A stretch of 64,000 bases of DNA from Candidatus Poseidoniales archaeon (GTDB lineage Archaea; Thermoplasmatota; Poseidoniia; Poseidoniales; Poseidoniaceae), in NCBI GenBank assembly GCA_038106355.1, contig JAYODQ010000001.1:40683-104682 (forward strand), written 5' to 3'. Shown here piece by piece: positions 10,730-21,612 of this stretch (within the stretch, counting starts at the first letter, position 1; every line of letters starts with the position of its first letter). A program made the position numbers and the translations under genes. Below the pieces are notes generated by a model, which worked only from the letters and a program-made list of their open reading frames with translations, was not told where the DNA came from and searched no databases.

Positions 10730-12112
10730 ATGGATATGTTCGCCGAAGCACTTGAGAGACTCCCACAAGAGCCCGAACCCGTTAACAAAAGCGAATATCG
10801 AGAACGGCAGAGTCGATTGTTCTCTCACTTTTTAACTGGTGATTTATTTATTCTACCAGCACCTGTGGAGGCTACACATTCAAACGATGTCCATTATAGG
10901 TATCGAACCTCGAGCGATTTCATTTATCTCACTGGATGGATTGAACCTGAAGCTGTATTCGTTGGGCGAAAGGACAAAAAATCAGGTGAATGGATTTCAT
11001 CTTTGTTTGTTCAACCAAAAAATACCCTCATGGAAATATGGGAAGGTCGTCGTCCAGGACTTGAAGGTGCAATGGCAAACTTCCCTATCGATGAAGCATA
11101 TTCTATTGAGGATTTAGACGAAAAATTGAACGAATTTCTGGTCGATACAAAGAGAGTATTTCTTCGAACAGGTGTCATCCATGCTATTGATGATCTTGTA
11201 ACTCATGCAATTCAAAAAAGGGATAGAAATCGACAGCATTTTGGTAGTGGCCCAATTGGCATAGAAGACCCATCAACGTACCTTTCAGAGCTTCGATTGA
11301 TCAAGAGTTCATCTGAAATTTCACAGATGAGGTATGCAGCTCAAGTCTCAAGTTTAGCCCATGAGTTGGCGATGCGTCTTCAGCAACCAAGATTGAATGA
11401 ACGTCATCTTCAGTCGATTATCGAAGGTTTTTTCACATATGCTCATTGTTCGGGTTGGTCATATCCATCAATTGTAGGATGTGGAGAAAACGCAACTATC
11501 TTGCATTACAGAGCAAATAATGCTCCATGTAAAGATGGAGATGTTGTCCTTATAGATGCGGGTTCAGAATACAGAGGATATGCGGCTGACATTACAAGGT
11601 CATGGCCCGTTTCTGGGACTTTTACTGAAGCACAGCGAAGTTTGTACCAAATTGTGTTGGATTCACAAAAAGCTGCAATTGACCAATGTGTTGTTGGAAA
11701 TTCATACACAGCCCCACACGAAGCTGCACGCAGAGTCCTTGCTCAAGGTCTTATTGATTTAGGCATCATCGAACAATCAATCGATGATGCACTTGATATG
11801 GAAACGGGCGAATTACGAAAGTGGTATATGCACAACACAAGTCACTGGATTGGTTTAGATGTTCATGATGTTGGAGTGTACAAACCGGATGGAACTCCTC
11901 GTTTGCTTGAGGCTGGCATGGTGTTGACCATCGAGCCTGGATTGTATTTTGGGGCTTGGAGGCCAGATGTTGACTGCCCCACATTGTACGCTGACATTGG
12001 CATTCGTATCGAAGATGATGTCCTCATTACCGAAAATGGACCCGATGTTCTTACTCGAGATTGTCCTAAAGAAATTGAAGAATTAGAGTCAATTATTGGT
12101 CAAGGAATCTAG
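10730..12112 (+). CDS. pepP: Xaa-Pro aminopeptidase (M24B)
   Basis: SDFIYLTG N-domain; LIDAG..Y.ADITR, SHWIGLDVHD, TIEPGLY and GIRIEDD metal-ligand motifs. True start may be ATG 10736. Confidence 0.95.
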   Translation: MDMFAEALERLPQEPEPVNKSEYRERQSRLFSHFLTGDLFILPAPVEATHSNDVHYRYRTSSDFIYLTGWIEPEAVFVGRKDKKSGEWISSLFVQPKNTLMEIWEGRRPGLEGAMANFPIDEAYSIEDLDEKLNEFLVDTKRVFLRTGVIHAIDDLVTHAIQKRDRNRQHFGSGPIGIEDPSTYLSELRLIKSSSEISQMRYAAQVSSLAHELAMRLQQPRLNERHLQSIIEGFFTYAHCSGWSYPSIVGCGENATILHYRANNAPCKDGDVVLIDAGSEYRGYAADITRSWPVSGTFTEAQRSLYQIVLDSQKAAIDQCVVGNSYTAPHEAARRVLAQGLIDLGIIEQSIDDALDMETGELRKWYMHNTSHWIGLDVHDVGVYKPDGTPRLLEAGMVLTIEPGLYFGAWRPDVDCPTLYADIGIRIEDDVLITENGPDVLTRDCPKEIEELESIIGQGI

Positions 12113-12122
12113 GCGTGATGGT

Positions 12123-13304
12123 ATGCAGTGGCTTGACATTCTTGCGCGGCAAGCAACATGGACACGTGACAACAAATCTGACCTCCGAATGTCATCCGCC
12201 GAGGCCGTGGACCTCTACTTGAACGCTCCACTCCACTCTCTCATGCAAGCAGCACATCATCGGCGAATGACGATGCATCCCTCTGGCATTGTCACATATT
12301 TAGTCGATCGAAACATCAATTACACGAATGTATGTACCATCAACTGCCAATTTTGTTCATTTTATCGACCACCCAACCATGTCGAAACCTATACCCAAAG
12401 TTATGACCAAATTTCTCAAAGAATTACTGAGCTAGAATCAATAGGCGGGACACGAATTTTAATGCAGGGAGGAGTCAATCCAGAGTTACCATTCGAATGG
12501 TACACCGATTTGATTCAATTGCTAAGAACACGCCATTCTTCGATAGATCTGGATTGCTTTAGTCCCATTGAAATTGAAGGAATCGCTGAGGTATCTGGGA
12601 AATCGACATTGGAGGTGTTGAGCTTGCTCAAAGCAGCAGGGATGCACGGTCTTCCCGGTGGAGGTGCAGAGATGCTCGTTGAGAATGTGAGGAAAGACGT
12701 ATCGCCAAAAAAGGGTTCACCTGAGAATTGGTTACGAGTTATGCAAGAAGCCCAATCCATTGGTTTGACAACCAGTGCTACAAATGTGTTTGGCTTTGGA
12801 GAAAGTCTCGCTGACCGAGTTGAGCACATGAGAAGGATTAGGGAATTACAAGATGACTCGTTAACTCACTACGGTAAAGCATTCACATCGTTTATTGCAT
12901 GGCCAGTGCAATTAGAAGTTAATACATTCGGAAAAAGGAATCGTGGTAGAAATCGATTTGAGTTGGGAGCAGGGTCCACTGAATATCTGCGTCATGTCGC
13001 CGTATCAAGATTATTCTTGGATAATGTCGAACATATTCAGGCTTCGTGGCCAACCATGGGAATGAAGATAGCACAAATGGCCATGATTGCTGGTGCTGAT
13101 GATGCAGGTTCAACGATGATGGAGGAAAATGTTGTATCTGCTTCGGGAACCAAAAAAGTACAGGCAACTGAGGTGGAATTACAAACCTCGATCGTTCGTT
13201 CTGGATTGATACCGATGAAGAGAGATAGCGATTACAACCATCTCGAAACGATTATTTTTTCAAAACCAAGGGAAAAATTAGCATCTCCACCACCCTCACT
13301 CTAA
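12123..13304 (+). CDS. mqnC: Cyclic dehypoxanthine futalosine synthase (CofH/MqnC-family radical SAM)
   Basis: DRNINYTNVCTINCQFC (CxxxCxxC), MQGG, PGGGAE, and MMEENVVSASG typical of MqnC. Confidence 0.82.
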   Translation: MQWLDILARQATWTRDNKSDLRMSSAEAVDLYLNAPLHSLMQAAHHRRMTMHPSGIVTYLVDRNINYTNVCTINCQFCSFYRPPNHVETYTQSYDQISQRITELESIGGTRILMQGGVNPELPFEWYTDLIQLLRTRHSSIDLDCFSPIEIEGIAEVSGKSTLEVLSLLKAAGMHGLPGGGAEMLVENVRKDVSPKKGSPENWLRVMQEAQSIGLTTSATNVFGFGESLADRVEHMRRIRELQDDSLTHYGKAFTSFIAWPVQLEVNTFGKRNRGRNRFELGAGSTEYLRHVAVSRLFLDNVEHIQASWPTMGMKIAQMAMIAGADDAGSTMMEENVVSASGTKKVQATEVELQTSIVRSGLIPMKRDSDYNHLETIIFSKPREKLASPPPSL

Positions 13305-16300
13305 GATGTTGAGGTGTAGAAAACAACATAGATGACGGCTCGAATCTGCCGTTGACCATTTCCAATGCCATCCGAGGGGACATACTCTTGCCCATTATAC
13401 AAACCACGATAATCAAGTTTGTATTCATAGCCTGTATTTCCTGCCTGCGATAAATCGAGCCAGTCCGAAATATCATATCTCCATTGTTTCACATCTTGGC
13501 CAGCACACCAGCCTGCTCGGCCAAATGGCCAAGAACCAAATTGGTTTGCTACAACGCCATTGTTCACTTCATTTTCGCAACCTTCGCTGGAATACACGAT
13601 AGGGTGCCATTCGTATGCAGTATGTTGTGTTCCATTATGCGTTAAGAAATAATGGTGTTCATGGTCGCAAAACTCAGCGCAATTCGCATTGTCTTTTCCA
13701 AATCCATGACCTGTGACAGTAGCAACAATCTCGACCTTCGTTGTCGAGGGTGGTATTGAAAAATTCAAACTTCGGACATATCTGGATTCATTGTTGTATG
13801 TTCCATCGAACTGCCCACCTGAAAATGCATATGTGGCGTCATGCGCGCGTTCTGATGAACCCCAATTACTAAAGAGGAATTTCACCGTCAAATCTCCCTT
13901 GTTTGCTCCTCCATATTTGAATCGCCTATCTTGTCCATCCTCGAGCATGAACAAATATGGGGAAATATCGGTGAGCCATTGACCTTCTCGACCGTATGTG
14001 GTGATCCATCGAACCATTTCTGTTGAGCAAGATGTTGAGTTGGATTCATCACAAATGTAGAGGTTCGCTAAATAATCCCATTCGTGACATCCGCCATACG
14101 AACCATCGCTTTTTTGGTAGCGATTTTTTCGTTCGAAGCAGGCGTGTTCGTGGTATACCTCAAGGGTGTCATATGTTGAGATGTCATTGTTGAGGTCAAT
14201 GGTTGCGTTTGAAAACGATGAAAATCCACTTGACCAACCACCTGAATGTGTTGAAAAATCAAAGATGGTCACAACTTCAACTGCTGGGTCGGTTTCTCTT
14301 AATTTGACTGGGAATTCTGTATTCCATTGATGTGGTTCATACGTCAAATGTTTGGGGTCATTCGATTGGGTTGTCCATGCGTATAGAGAACCTGTTTCTC
14401 TTGCCAATTGGAATCGGTCAATTCCGAAATAAAGTGGATTATTGAATGAAGATATGATGTTACCTAAGCCACCCTGAATGTTGCTTGCATCCATGTCGAT
14501 ATAATGAATTCGTGAATTCCAATGTGACTCTTCTTCTGTTGATAATGCACTTAAGACCGCTGATTTTCTTGTGACCACATCGTTATGGTATGATGAATCA
14601 AATGAGCCAAAGAATAATTGTGTGTTCAAGGGCAATCTTCGGATGAATGTGCCAGGGTTTTGTGCCCACGTGCCTGAATTTGAATTGCCTGAGCTATCTG
14701 TATATTTGAACATGAAAAAGTACACATCCTCTCCATTCCATTCGTTTTGAAAATGATATGTTCCATCAAGAGTTGGTACGCTAAACTGAGGAACAATTTG
14801 CATCGGTGCGTTTAATGTGGTAGAAGTCGTAAAGGCAATTGGCTCTTGAATCACGGCACATCCAATTTCATTCACCGACCATTTTGGTGGAGAATCGGGA
14901 CATTGGTCTACATTTGAAAAAACGCCATCACCATCGACATCTGCACATCCTACGGCATTCACTTGGTGTCCAAGAGGTGTACCTGGACACTGGTCTTCTG
15001 CATCGTTGACCCCATCGAAGTCGGTATCTCTTTCTACGGCGGCACAACCAAACTCATCAACCCCCGTAGATCCAATCGGTGTGTATGGGCAAAGATCCAA
15101 TTGGTCTCCTGTTCCATTCACATCCATCACGCCGTCGTTATCATCGTCCAAATCTTCTTGTTGGTCTTGACAGCCATCCATATCAAAATCAGTTTGACTT
15201 GATGCATTCCAACCGATGATACCCTTTGGACAATCATCTTCGTTGTCTTGATAGTCATCGTTGTCGTCATTATCATCCTCGTCGATGTCTTCACAACCAT
15301 CACTATCCCAATCGCTGTAAAAATTCGAAGCCCAACCAACGCGTCCTACTGGACAGAGGTCATTTGTGTCGAGAACTCCGTCTCCATCGTCATCATTGTC
15401 TTTATTCGCATCATGACATCCATCTGAATCATGGTCTGAGTCGGGGGTGCTGGTCCAGCCAATATCATCCGGACATTGGTCATACAAATCGATGACTCCA
15501 TCGTTATCATCGTCGGAATCTTCATCGAAGTCTCGACATCCGTCGCCATCAAAATCAGTTGATGGGGAAGAGAGCCAACCATCTCGTTCTCCAACTCCTT
15601 CAGGACAGCGATCTATGGTATCTTCTATTCCATCACCATCACCATCGTTTGAATCAAATTCTGGAATGACTTGAATTGAGTATTGACTGGACTTTTGATT
15701 ATGCTTGCCACAAGTTATCGATAAGACAACAACGACCGATTCTTGAATTTCAGTAAAATCAAACAAGGCTTTCCAATGTCCATTTTCGTCGAGCCCAATT
15801 GTGCCTTCATCACTTTGAAGTTTGTATGTCAAACTGCAACTTGGTACATCAGCATGAAGAGCAATTCCTTCAATCCAAACAATGTTTGGCTCCTCTAAGA
15901 AAATCGTTGCAGGATATTCAAGAACGGGGGCACTCTGTTGAGATTCTTGAACGGTAATTGTGTTGAAAAAATCGTAATCCTTCAAAAGCGAATCTGAGTT
16001 TTCGAATTCTCTCACACTAATTTTGATTTGATATTCACCTACCCTCTCAGGTATAAAGTGCAGGTCATAGATGTCCGCCGATAATGACCAGTTGAACTCA
16101 GTAATTTGAGAAACCGATGGACTAATTATCAATGGCTCAACATGCACCGATATCATCGGTTCAATTTGCAAGGTGAACGATATTCTAGCGTCATCTCCGA
16201 GAAAGACCTCATTTGTTAGTGTGATCCAAGTGATATCAACTGAACTTGGTTGAACTTCATTTTGTTCAATGGGCTTATCATTATCTTGCTCAACAGAAGA

Positions 16301-16363
16301 TGTGCAACCTGCAAGAAGCATCATTGACACGAAAAAAAGTGCAGAAAATGCTCTCCTTCCCAT
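13301..16363 (-). CDS. Putative Tat lipoprotein with TSP3-like Ca-binding repeats and C-terminal peptide-N-glycosidase F-like domains
   Basis: MGRRAF...LLAGC signal; DxDxDGC/D.CP repeats; EWDY, E..RWITTYG, TGHG...CAEFC and RAGWCAG motifs of the PNGase F family. Confidence 0.82.
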   Translation of the reverse strand: MGRRAFSALFFVSMMLLAGCTSSVEQDNDKPIEQNEVQPSSVDITWITLTNEVFLGDDARISFTLQIEPMISVHVEPLIISPSVSQITEFNWSLSADIYDLHFIPERVGEYQIKISVREFENSDSLLKDYDFFNTITVQESQQSAPVLEYPATIFLEEPNIVWIEGIALHADVPSCSLTYKLQSDEGTIGLDENGHWKALFDFTEIQESVVVVLSITCGKHNQKSSQYSIQVIPEFDSNDGDGDGIEDTIDRCPEGVGERDGWLSSPSTDFDGDGCRDFDEDSDDDNDGVIDLYDQCPDDIGWTSTPDSDHDSDGCHDANKDNDDDGDGVLDTNDLCPVGRVGWASNFYSDWDSDGCEDIDEDDNDDNDDYQDNEDDCPKGIIGWNASSQTDFDMDGCQDQQEDLDDDNDGVMDVNGTGDQLDLCPYTPIGSTGVDEFGCAAVERDTDFDGVNDAEDQCPGTPLGHQVNAVGCADVDGDGVFSNVDQCPDSPPKWSVNEIGCAVIQEPIAFTTSTTLNAPMQIVPQFSVPTLDGTYHFQNEWNGEDVYFFMFKYTDSSGNSNSGTWAQNPGTFIRRLPLNTQLFFGSFDSSYHNDVVTRKSAVLSALSTEEESHWNSRIHYIDMDASNIQGGLGNIISSFNNPLYFGIDRFQLARETGSLYAWTTQSNDPKHLTYEPHQWNTEFPVKLRETDPAVEVVTIFDFSTHSGGWSSGFSSFSNATIDLNNDISTYDTLEVYHEHACFERKNRYQKSDGSYGGCHEWDYLANLYICDESNSTSCSTEMVRWITTYGREGQWLTDISPYLFMLEDGQDRRFKYGGANKGDLTVKFLFSNWGSSERAHDATYAFSGGQFDGTYNNESRYVRSLNFSIPPSTTKVEIVATVTGHGFGKDNANCAEFCDHEHHYFLTHNGTQHTAYEWHPIVYSSEGCENEVNNGVVANQFGSWPFGRAGWCAGQDVKQWRYDISDWLDLSQAGNTGYEYKLDYRGLYNGQEYVPSDGIGNGQRQIRAVIYVVFYTSTS

Positions 16364-16388
16364 AGGCTCGCTACGTCGATGACTTTCA

Positions 16389-17546
16389 TCAACTTGTTGT
16401 ATGATGTTCATCGTTCAATTCAATCCTTCCGTCGTGAATTGAGATTTGGTCGATCTTAATTTTTTCAAGGGGATAATGAACTTTTAACGGTTGAACATAG
16501 TACAGAGGAGCTAACTGATTGCGATGAATTGTGATGATGCACTCCCAATGAATTCGAATGAGCTCAGTACAGGTTGTCCCTGGCCAAATTGTTGAAGGTG
16601 GAGCTAATTTCAAAATTTGCCCTTCCTTCCACACTGAACTTTGTCCCTTTTCACAAATTCTCATCGGTCGAAGAAAGAGCCCACCGCTGACGAGTCGAGA
16701 ATCCATTGGTGCATCTTCTCCTCCAGCTGTTCCGTCATCGAGACTCGCTTCCCAATGATGTGGTAATTCAGTTGAAAGACCGGGTGGGGGTTGCATTTTC
16801 TCCGTTCTTTGGTGTGCCGTGAGCAATGCATTTCTCGAAGGAGGCAAAATTCCGACTTGCCAAGACACTTCCACCTCCCTCCATTGGTCTGACCAATATG
16901 GAAATTGAATTGAGATTTCAAGATTTGAATCTGAAGAGGTTTCTGAATGGAAAACAATGTGTGGGTTTTCAATCTCTGCTTTCAGGAAACCCTGTTGTGA
17001 CCGAAGGTCAGAAAAATTACCATACACCCTCATCAATATTGGTGCAAAAAGGAGAGGGACCACAAGAATAGCTAAAAGAGGGTAATCGAGTAATCCAAAT
17101 CGAATGGTTTGGGTGCCGAAACCGGGTAGACCAAATCCTGCAAGAACAGGTTCAATAAAGAGGTACATGAGACAAATCAAGAGCACAATGACAGAGAATT
17201 TAATCAATCGCCGAACAAGTGAGTGAATGGGGTGAGGGTGAAGATACCATCCTCTTCTTTGACGTTTGACAATGGTTGGAAATTTATTAGTATCTATAAA
17301 TTTTGAATCCCATTCAAGTTCAATTGGCTCTCCATTGAAGGAGTATTCTTTCTTCACAAACCAAGAATGTTTATTCCCGATCGAGAAAGACGGGTGCACT
17401 GTCTCAAGTTTCTTTTTTGCCTCATCGAGGGACTGGAAATGACCTAAATGTTCTGTTTGGACCGCCATTGGTATGAATTCTGGATTCCATCGAGATGAAT
17501 CAAAAGGTGGAAATCTGATTTTGGATATCGATTCCAAATCACCCAA
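16389..17546 (-). CDS. Hypothetical membrane protein (2 TM)
   Basis: 385-aa ORF with two hydrophobic segments; co-oriented and tightly spaced after the GGR gene. Confidence 0.65.
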   Translation of the reverse strand: MGDLESISKIRFPPFDSSRWNPEFIPMAVQTEHLGHFQSLDEAKKKLETVHPSFSIGNKHSWFVKKEYSFNGEPIELEWDSKFIDTNKFPTIVKRQRRGWYLHPHPIHSLVRRLIKFSVIVLLICLMYLFIEPVLAGFGLPGFGTQTIRFGLLDYPLLAILVVPLLFAPILMRVYGNFSDLRSQQGFLKAEIENPHIVFHSETSSDSNLEISIQFPYWSDQWREVEVSWQVGILPPSRNALLTAHQRTEKMQPPPGLSTELPHHWEASLDDGTAGGEDAPMDSRLVSGGLFLRPMRICEKGQSSVWKEGQILKLAPPSTIWPGTTCTELIRIHWECIITIHRNQLAPLYYVQPLKVHYPLEKIKIDQISIHDGRIELNDEHHTTS

Positions 17547-17550
17547 GTTA

Positions 17551-18765
17551 TCACGAACCTAAGACTAATTTAACGCCAGTTTTCAACGCTAATGGTCGAA
17601 ACGCTGGAACATTTTTCAACAAAGCCATTCCTAGCGGAACCGGTTTTTCGATGTCGCCAACTTTGTTAATGAGTTCAATTGTTTTGGGGTCAGAAAATGC
17701 GTTGAAGTGCTTATTCAGCGTTGCATCATCGCATTCGGAAACTAAGATATTGCGCAGTTTACGTGCTCTATCCTGCTCTTTTTTCATTCTAGACCATGGC
17801 TTGGAAACTAGTTTCTTCAATTGCTCATGTCCGAGTTTATTGTCTTGAATAAGCATCGAGAGGGGTTCGATAATCAGTGAGATTTGTTCAAATCCTGGAC
17901 CAATCCCCCCACCGGTCGTCGGTTTGGCCATTCCAGCAGCATCACCTAACAGCATAACTCGATTTTTGACGGGAAATTGAACCATGCCAGCAGGAATTGG
18001 TCCACAATAACGTGAGATTTCTCTGACATCTTTGAATTTTTCAGACCATAGGGGATGATTGAGCAATGAATTATAATAAGATTCAATCGATCTACCATTA
18101 AGCATATGTTTTGCAGTCGACCAAACTCCAATTCGATGTGTTCCAAAGCCAGTAGGAATTACCCATGCAAAGAAACCAGGAGCGATTTCACTACCGCTAT
18201 ACATTTCTAACCATCTGTCTTTTGATTGGTAACCTGTAACTTCGCTTTGAAATCCAATCATGGTTTCCTTCGGATATCCCATTTTGAATTTTCGCCTCGT
18301 CCAACTATGTGCTCCATCTGCTCCAATCAATAGTTTACAACGAATTGTTTTGATTTCACCTTGTTGTTCCAGATGTAATCGTACACCATCTTCCATGACT
18401 TCTGCATCCACAGATTTGGTATTCATTGATATTGTTGCACCAAGTTCAATGGCTTGTTGAACGACCAGCATATCGAATTTTTTCCTACACACAGAATATG
18501 TTCGAATTTTTCCTTCAGTTCCTACCGGAACAACAATTCCGTTCGGCCCATGGATGAGGGCACCATCGATTTCTTGCAGAACCGAAGAATAATCACCTAT
18601 TCGTTCAATTGCACTCGGATTGACTAAACCGGCACATTGGAATGGCCGACCGATTTCGCCATGCTCTTCGATGAGATGAACAGAGATGTTGTGCTCTCGT
18701 AGCAATCGAGCGGCATAGCCTCCAACGGGGCCAGCACCAACGATGACAACATCGACTTCGTCCAT
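17551..18765 (-). CDS. Geranylgeranyl reductase family (digeranylgeranylglycerophospholipid reductase-like)
   Basis: VVIVGAGPVG FAD motif, PFQCAG (PxxC), GADG, FFAWVIP, GDAAG..KPTTGGGI. Confidence 0.92.
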   Translation of the reverse strand: MDEVDVVIVGAGPVGGYAARLLREHNISVHLIEEHGEIGRPFQCAGLVNPSAIERIGDYSSVLQEIDGALIHGPNGIVVPVGTEGKIRTYSVCRKKFDMLVVQQAIELGATISMNTKSVDAEVMEDGVRLHLEQQGEIKTIRCKLLIGADGAHSWTRRKFKMGYPKETMIGFQSEVTGYQSKDRWLEMYSGSEIAPGFFAWVIPTGFGTHRIGVWSTAKHMLNGRSIESYYNSLLNHPLWSEKFKDVREISRYCGPIPAGMVQFPVKNRVMLLGDAAGMAKPTTGGGIGPGFEQISLIIEPLSMLIQDNKLGHEQLKKLVSKPWSRMKKEQDRARKLRNILVSECDDATLNKHFNAFSDPKTIELINKVGDIEKPVPLGMALLKNVPAFRPLALKTGVKLVLGS

Positions 18766-18815
18766 AGTCGCTCGACACCTTTGCGACCCTTCAACATTGT
18801 TCGTCATAGTTTGAT

Positions 18816-21548
18816 TCACGGACGCTTTGAGAATTTATACCCAATCGATTCATTCTTTTTCATGTAAATGATGGATGCAAAAGGTTTACCAGCTTTTGAA
18901 ATGAAATTATCAAAAGGCCCAACTTCCTTCGATTCGATGAGTATCTTTGCCTCTTCACGTGTCAACTCTCTTCCAGAAAGTTGTCTAGCGATTTGAATTT
19001 TACATTGACCAGAATCATCAGAGATTTGGAAATGCGTCTCGGTTTCAATAATTTCAGACTTGTGTACAGGACATATTGCAACCACTCCGGGTACCACATT
19101 GTATTTTGGAAGCCCTTCGTTTTTGGTTCGTAGTGGAAACTCGTATCTTACACTATTTCCTTTAATGATAAGATACGCACTGAATTGAGTGTTTTTCTTA
19201 GAAATGAAATCCTCAAATAATTCGGATTTGCCGGTTTCAAAAAGAATTTTCGCCTCTTCTGTCGAAATTTCTCGATGGCACATGATTTTTTGCATACCCT
19301 TGAATTTGCAATCTTTGTTATCGCATTGGTATGATGTACTTGTTTTACGAATTGTACCATTGGAACAAATTCTGCACGATGAAATTTCAACGTCTTCATC
19401 ACTTGCAATTTCACTCGTCGTGTTGAGTGCGGAAATGCGACCATTGTCTTCCATTTTTATATTCATTTCATATTGTTCCCCAGAGAAATTAAAGAAACCA
19501 TGCAAATTTGAAATCTGTCGTTCTTCGATTAGTCGCTTGACCGTCGTTCTATCGTACCATCGCCCACTTGATTCCTTCCAAACAACAAATTCGCAACCTT
19601 TGCCCTTGCCGGTGTTTGCTTCGCATTGATACGATAACGTAGTTTCAACAATCGCCTTACCACAGAGCAAGCATGAGCCTACCGAGGCCTCAGTCTGGTA
19701 GAGCGATGACCTTTCGTGAGTACGAATTTTTGAAACCAATTCTTCGGTTTGCTGGACAATCCTTTCCATGTACTCAGATTTTGGTAACAGACCACGCTGG
19801 ACTGAAAGAAGTGAAGCCTCCATTTCTCCAGTTAATTCTGCGGACGTGATCCATTCGATTGGTATTCGGCGTAAAATGTCAACAAGCTGTATCCCGTGAC
19901 CAGTCGCTGAAATGGTACTTGATTTTGAACGACGAATGTATGCTTTTTCAATTAACTTTTCAATGGTTTCAGCACGAGTTGCAGGAGTTCCAAGCCCTTT
20001 GTCCTTCATCGCTTCAACAAATTCATCATCGTCCAATACATTACCAGCATTTTCCATGAGTTTGAGGATACCCGCTTCCTTGAGACGTGGTTTAGGCTTC
20101 GTGGTTTCTTCTGAAAATTCATGACTTGACAACGTTGCTTGCTCCGGACACTGAGACAGTTGAAACCAATCATCAGGTACTGAGTTGTTTTTTGGAATGA
20201 CCTCTCTCCAACCAGGCGATTTGAGAATTTCTACTTCTTTTGAGAAGACTTCGTTTTGGATTGATGCGACACGTTTTACAACGGACCACTCGGATTCTGC
20301 ATACCAACTTGCAAGGAAATTTCGAACGATAAAATCATACAATTTCTGATGGTCCCCTGATAATTTTACTTTAGGAGATTCACCTGTTGGAATAATTGCG
20401 AAGTGGTCTGATACTTTTGAAGAATTGAAGTTCCTTTCTTGATTAAGCAATCCAATTGAACTTAGATTTTTGGCGAATTGAGCATAATCCTTTTGTTGGC
20501 CCAAATTTTTGATTGTTTCAGCTATCGTATCTTTCATATCTTCAGGTAAATATTGTGAATCGGTTCTTGGATAAGTGATCAATTTGAACGAATCATATAG
20601 GTCTTGCGCAACACTCAGTGTCCTCTTTGATGTCCATGACCATAGGGAGTTGGTTTTCTTCTGCAAGTTTGTTAAATCCAAATTCAGTGGAGGTCGTTCA
20701 TTCTTGGTACGAGTAATTTCATCTACGAGTACAGATGAATCATTTCTTAGAATCGATTCCAAGAATTGTTTTTCAGTAAGTTCATAAATTCGGTCTTCTT
20801 TTTGGTCTGGAGGAGTGGGGGTTGACCTCGACCATTTACCGGTCCAAAGGCCACCCTCATGTGCAAATGTGGCATGAAGTTGCCAATAGGGTTCAGGAAT
20901 ATGAGAAAGCACTTCGATCTCATGGTCTACAATCATGGCCAGTGTAGCTGTTTGAACTCTTCCAAGGGAGGTTGCGACCCTTTGTCCCTTTTTCCTAGGA
21001 AGATGTTTATTGGCAATTCGAGTACCATTCATGCCAATAATCCAGTCTGCTTCGCTTCTTGCGTATGCAGCATCAGATAACGATTGATATTCTGCACTCG
21101 TTTTTCTTGTATCAAATGCATGTGAAATTGCCTTAGGCGTCATTGATTGAAACCACATTCGTGTCGTCTCTGTTGAAAGATCGGCGAATTCTATGATTCG
21201 TCTAAATATCAATTCACCCTCTCTCGCTGCGTCACACGCATTGACAATTTCATTCACACCATCTTCTTTGATGAGTTTGAGAATAGCATCAAGTTGCTTT
21301 TTCGTCCGTTTTTCTGGTATGAACTGGAATTGTTGAGGAATATAGGGTAACTGGTCAACTGATTTTTGCCAATCCTTGAATTTGGGATCATAATCATCAA
21401 GCATTTTCAACCCGAGCAAATGTCCTGATGCCCATGTAATTTTGAGGTCTGGACTATCGTAATAGTGGTCTGTTTTTTTCGAAACACCTAGGACTGATGC
21501 TATGTCTTGTGCTACACTTTGTTTTTCCGCGATGATAACAATCGACAC
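18816..21548 (-). CDS. topB: Type IA DNA topoisomerase III, bacterial TopB type, with C-terminal Cys/Toprim_Crpt-like repeats
   Basis: IAEK.SVA, NACDAAREGELIF, SLGRVQT, catalytic ITYPRTDS, GLGTPATRA; C-terminal FISKKNTQFSAYL and FISKAGKPFAS repeats. Confidence 0.93.
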   Translation of the reverse strand: MSIVIIAEKQSVAQDIASVLGVSKKTDHYYDSPDLKITWASGHLLGLKMLDDYDPKFKDWQKSVDQLPYIPQQFQFIPEKRTKKQLDAILKLIKEDGVNEIVNACDAAREGELIFRRIIEFADLSTETTRMWFQSMTPKAISHAFDTRKTSAEYQSLSDAAYARSEADWIIGMNGTRIANKHLPRKKGQRVATSLGRVQTATLAMIVDHEIEVLSHIPEPYWQLHATFAHEGGLWTGKWSRSTPTPPDQKEDRIYELTEKQFLESILRNDSSVLVDEITRTKNERPPLNLDLTNLQKKTNSLWSWTSKRTLSVAQDLYDSFKLITYPRTDSQYLPEDMKDTIAETIKNLGQQKDYAQFAKNLSSIGLLNQERNFNSSKVSDHFAIIPTGESPKVKLSGDHQKLYDFIVRNFLASWYAESEWSVVKRVASIQNEVFSKEVEILKSPGWREVIPKNNSVPDDWFQLSQCPEQATLSSHEFSEETTKPKPRLKEAGILKLMENAGNVLDDDEFVEAMKDKGLGTPATRAETIEKLIEKAYIRRSKSSTISATGHGIQLVDILRRIPIEWITSAELTGEMEASLLSVQRGLLPKSEYMERIVQQTEELVSKIRTHERSSLYQTEASVGSCLLCGKAIVETTLSYQCEANTGKGKGCEFVVWKESSGRWYDRTTVKRLIEERQISNLHGFFNFSGEQYEMNIKMEDNGRISALNTTSEIASDEDVEISSCRICSNGTIRKTSTSYQCDNKDCKFKGMQKIMCHREISTEEAKILFETGKSELFEDFISKKNTQFSAYLIIKGNSVRYEFPLRTKNEGLPKYNVVPGVVAICPVHKSEIIETETHFQISDDSGQCKIQIARQLSGRELTREEAKILIESKEVGPFDNFISKAGKPFASIIYMKKNESIGYKFSKRP

Positions 21549-21612
21549 AATCCTTCCCCACAGCCTAATCTACTTGAACTCTCCTTTTCTAAGAAAATAG
21601 TTATTGAGTTCT

